This document shows positions 62,086 to 64,000 of a stretch of DNA of 64,000 nt, piece after piece. This stretch comes from Chrysomallon squamiferum (lineage: Eukaryota; Animalia; Mollusca): assembly GCA_012295275.1 (NCBI GenBank), contig CM022671.1:6696001-6760000 (forward strand). The letters run 5' to 3'. Each line of letters starts with the position of its first letter. Within the stretch, counting starts at the first letter, position 1. Both the position numbers and the translations under genes were made by a program. The notes beneath the pieces are model-generated. The model did no database searches and had not been told where the DNA came from. It saw only the letters and a program-made list of their open reading frames with translations.

Positions 62086-62500
62086 CGCGTAACAAAAAAA
62101 ATGAATTATGTATCTATAGTGACAGGTTTGATTGACAACGTGACCTATGCAAACTGTTACGTGTTTGTTGGATTTGTAACGAATGGACATATTCTTAATG
62201 GAAATGGGTGGGTTCTTTCTTTCTTATACATATATACTGTATATATTTTGTTGTGTGTTTCTGAACGTCACACGCCCTGCCATTTGCTGTTCAGTTTGTT
62301 TTTATTATTAAAGCCTTCTTATGTTGAAATGACCTTGTACTACTTTTCACAGAGAAAAAAAACAACAAAAAACCGGCCCCCAAGAAAAACAAAAAATAAA
62401 AACAAACAACTAATCTAACGACACACATACAAATGCGCAAACTCTCAAGTACAGATATTATCATTATTACTGTTATTGTTGTTGTTGTTACTTATTTATG

Positions 62501-62585
<85 letters not shown>

Positions 62586-62888
62586 GTGTATATATATATA
62601 TATACTGGCAGTCAAAATAGCTACTTTTATTCTACGTACCTGCATCTACAGAAAGGTAGATATACAGACACAAGAAATTACATCGCTATTGTTGCGGTGT
62701 CGACTCTGAACTTTGTAGTAGATGTGAAAGAATCAGACATGGTACAAACAAAGATAAGTTAAAAATATATTTGGTTATCGGTTGCCTGGGTAATCGATCT
62801 GACCATGATTAGATGTCATTCTAGAACTAGTTAACAGATTATACAGTGTTGTGTATATGCGATGTGTCTATCCAACTGTCTGTTTACA

Positions 62889-62988
<100 letters not shown>

Positions 62989-63962
62989 TTGTATTCTTAA
63001 ATAAGAATAAATGTATTTATAAATGACAAATATTGTATAAAAAAAAAAATAAAATAAAAGCGAATATAAAGAAATAAACTGGTTTTGTAAAGTGTATTTA
63101 TCTTGGAGATAAGACAAATTATTTTAACACCTTTGGCTGTAGTTAAGCCTTTATCGGCACCTTCAGCTTCAGTATGTTACATATCGTAGAAGCAATATGA
63201 CAGTTAATAAGTTATAGCCATTTATGTATTTTATCATATGGTGATTGTTGATGTCATAAAAAGACGTTTTGTATGGGTTTTTTTTTTCATGTTTGGGGGA
63301 TTGTATCATCAAGCAGACAACAATGATCACTGTAAAGAACTCCATGATGCTCTCTGTGTGCAACAACGTCAGGCTTTTAAGTTCTAGTTAACAATGATCA
63401 TCAGAAATGGAATGAGACACTGTCAAAAAATGCTGTTTCTTTTTCTGTTTTGTTTTTTGTACATATGTCATTTAAAGTTTTTGTTTTTCTCATTTTCATA
63501 TATTTTGATACAACATACCAGCCTTGAAAATGTGTGACTAATTTCTTGTAGTAGCAGTAAAACAGATCTCAATATGCGGCCACTGTCATTGGTTAATTAA
63601 TCAAGTTAAGGTTTCTGATGAGAAAATGGCTCATATTACCTTTGCTGATGCTATAGCAATGTCGTAGTATTCAAAGCGCCATATCTCAAAAAGAAAGCAT
63701 ATATTTGTATTCAAAAGTTAAATTTTTCAAACACACATACAAATAAAATAAAATAAAGTTAATGTTTTAACAATTTAAAAATCAAAAGTAAAAAATAAAA
63801 AATTAGAAATTCATTATGAAATTTTGTTGTCCGCTTCCTACTCTAAGATTATTTAAAAACAAACAAACAGAAAAATTATAATATTACTGTACATTTCGTT
63901 AATTTTTATAACATCTCTTTTTATTTTAAATTGCAATAGTTGAATAACATTAGTCGTGATTC

Positions 63963-63995
<33 letters not shown>

Positions 63996-64000
63996 GTATA

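Noticed and set aside
63169-63366. Hydrophobic 65-aa ORF as a further 7TM remnant
   Set aside because: No recognisable alignment to the A/B receptor motifs, so it is too weak to call.

Overview
AT-rich, microsatellite-dense eukaryotic DNA, most likely from a mollusc such as a gastropod (inferred from a squid-RALBP-like gene and a Nin-domain SINE relic). Four spliced genes were reconstructed by hand from GT-AG junctions. They are a 2-exon FMRFamide-receptor-like class A GPCR (+, 1880-5140), a 6-exon IFT22/RABL5 (-, 9143-6533), a SEC14-like CRAL-TRIO+GOLD retinal-binding-protein-like gene (+, ~16936-25249) and a 10-exon type I membrane C-type lectin receptor (+, 27922-35756). The SEC14-like gene has two damaged exons and a dead duplicate last exon, and the lectin has a WSC-like module nested inside its first CTLD. 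From ~38.6 to 62.1 kb lies a rearranged birth-and-death cluster of intronless atypical 7TM receptors (3 intact, 3 pseudogenes) that lack the DRY, CWxP and NPxxY motifs and share a CCAAT-TATA-Inr promoter. Two non-coding patterns stand out. First, many unrelated minisatellites have a terminal unit that is itself a functional splice site or stop codon, so they create arrays of decoy junctions. Second, one intron has nested, mirror-ordered complementary microsatellites at its two ends that could fold the splice sites together. Most ORFs in the supplied track are microsatellite artefacts.
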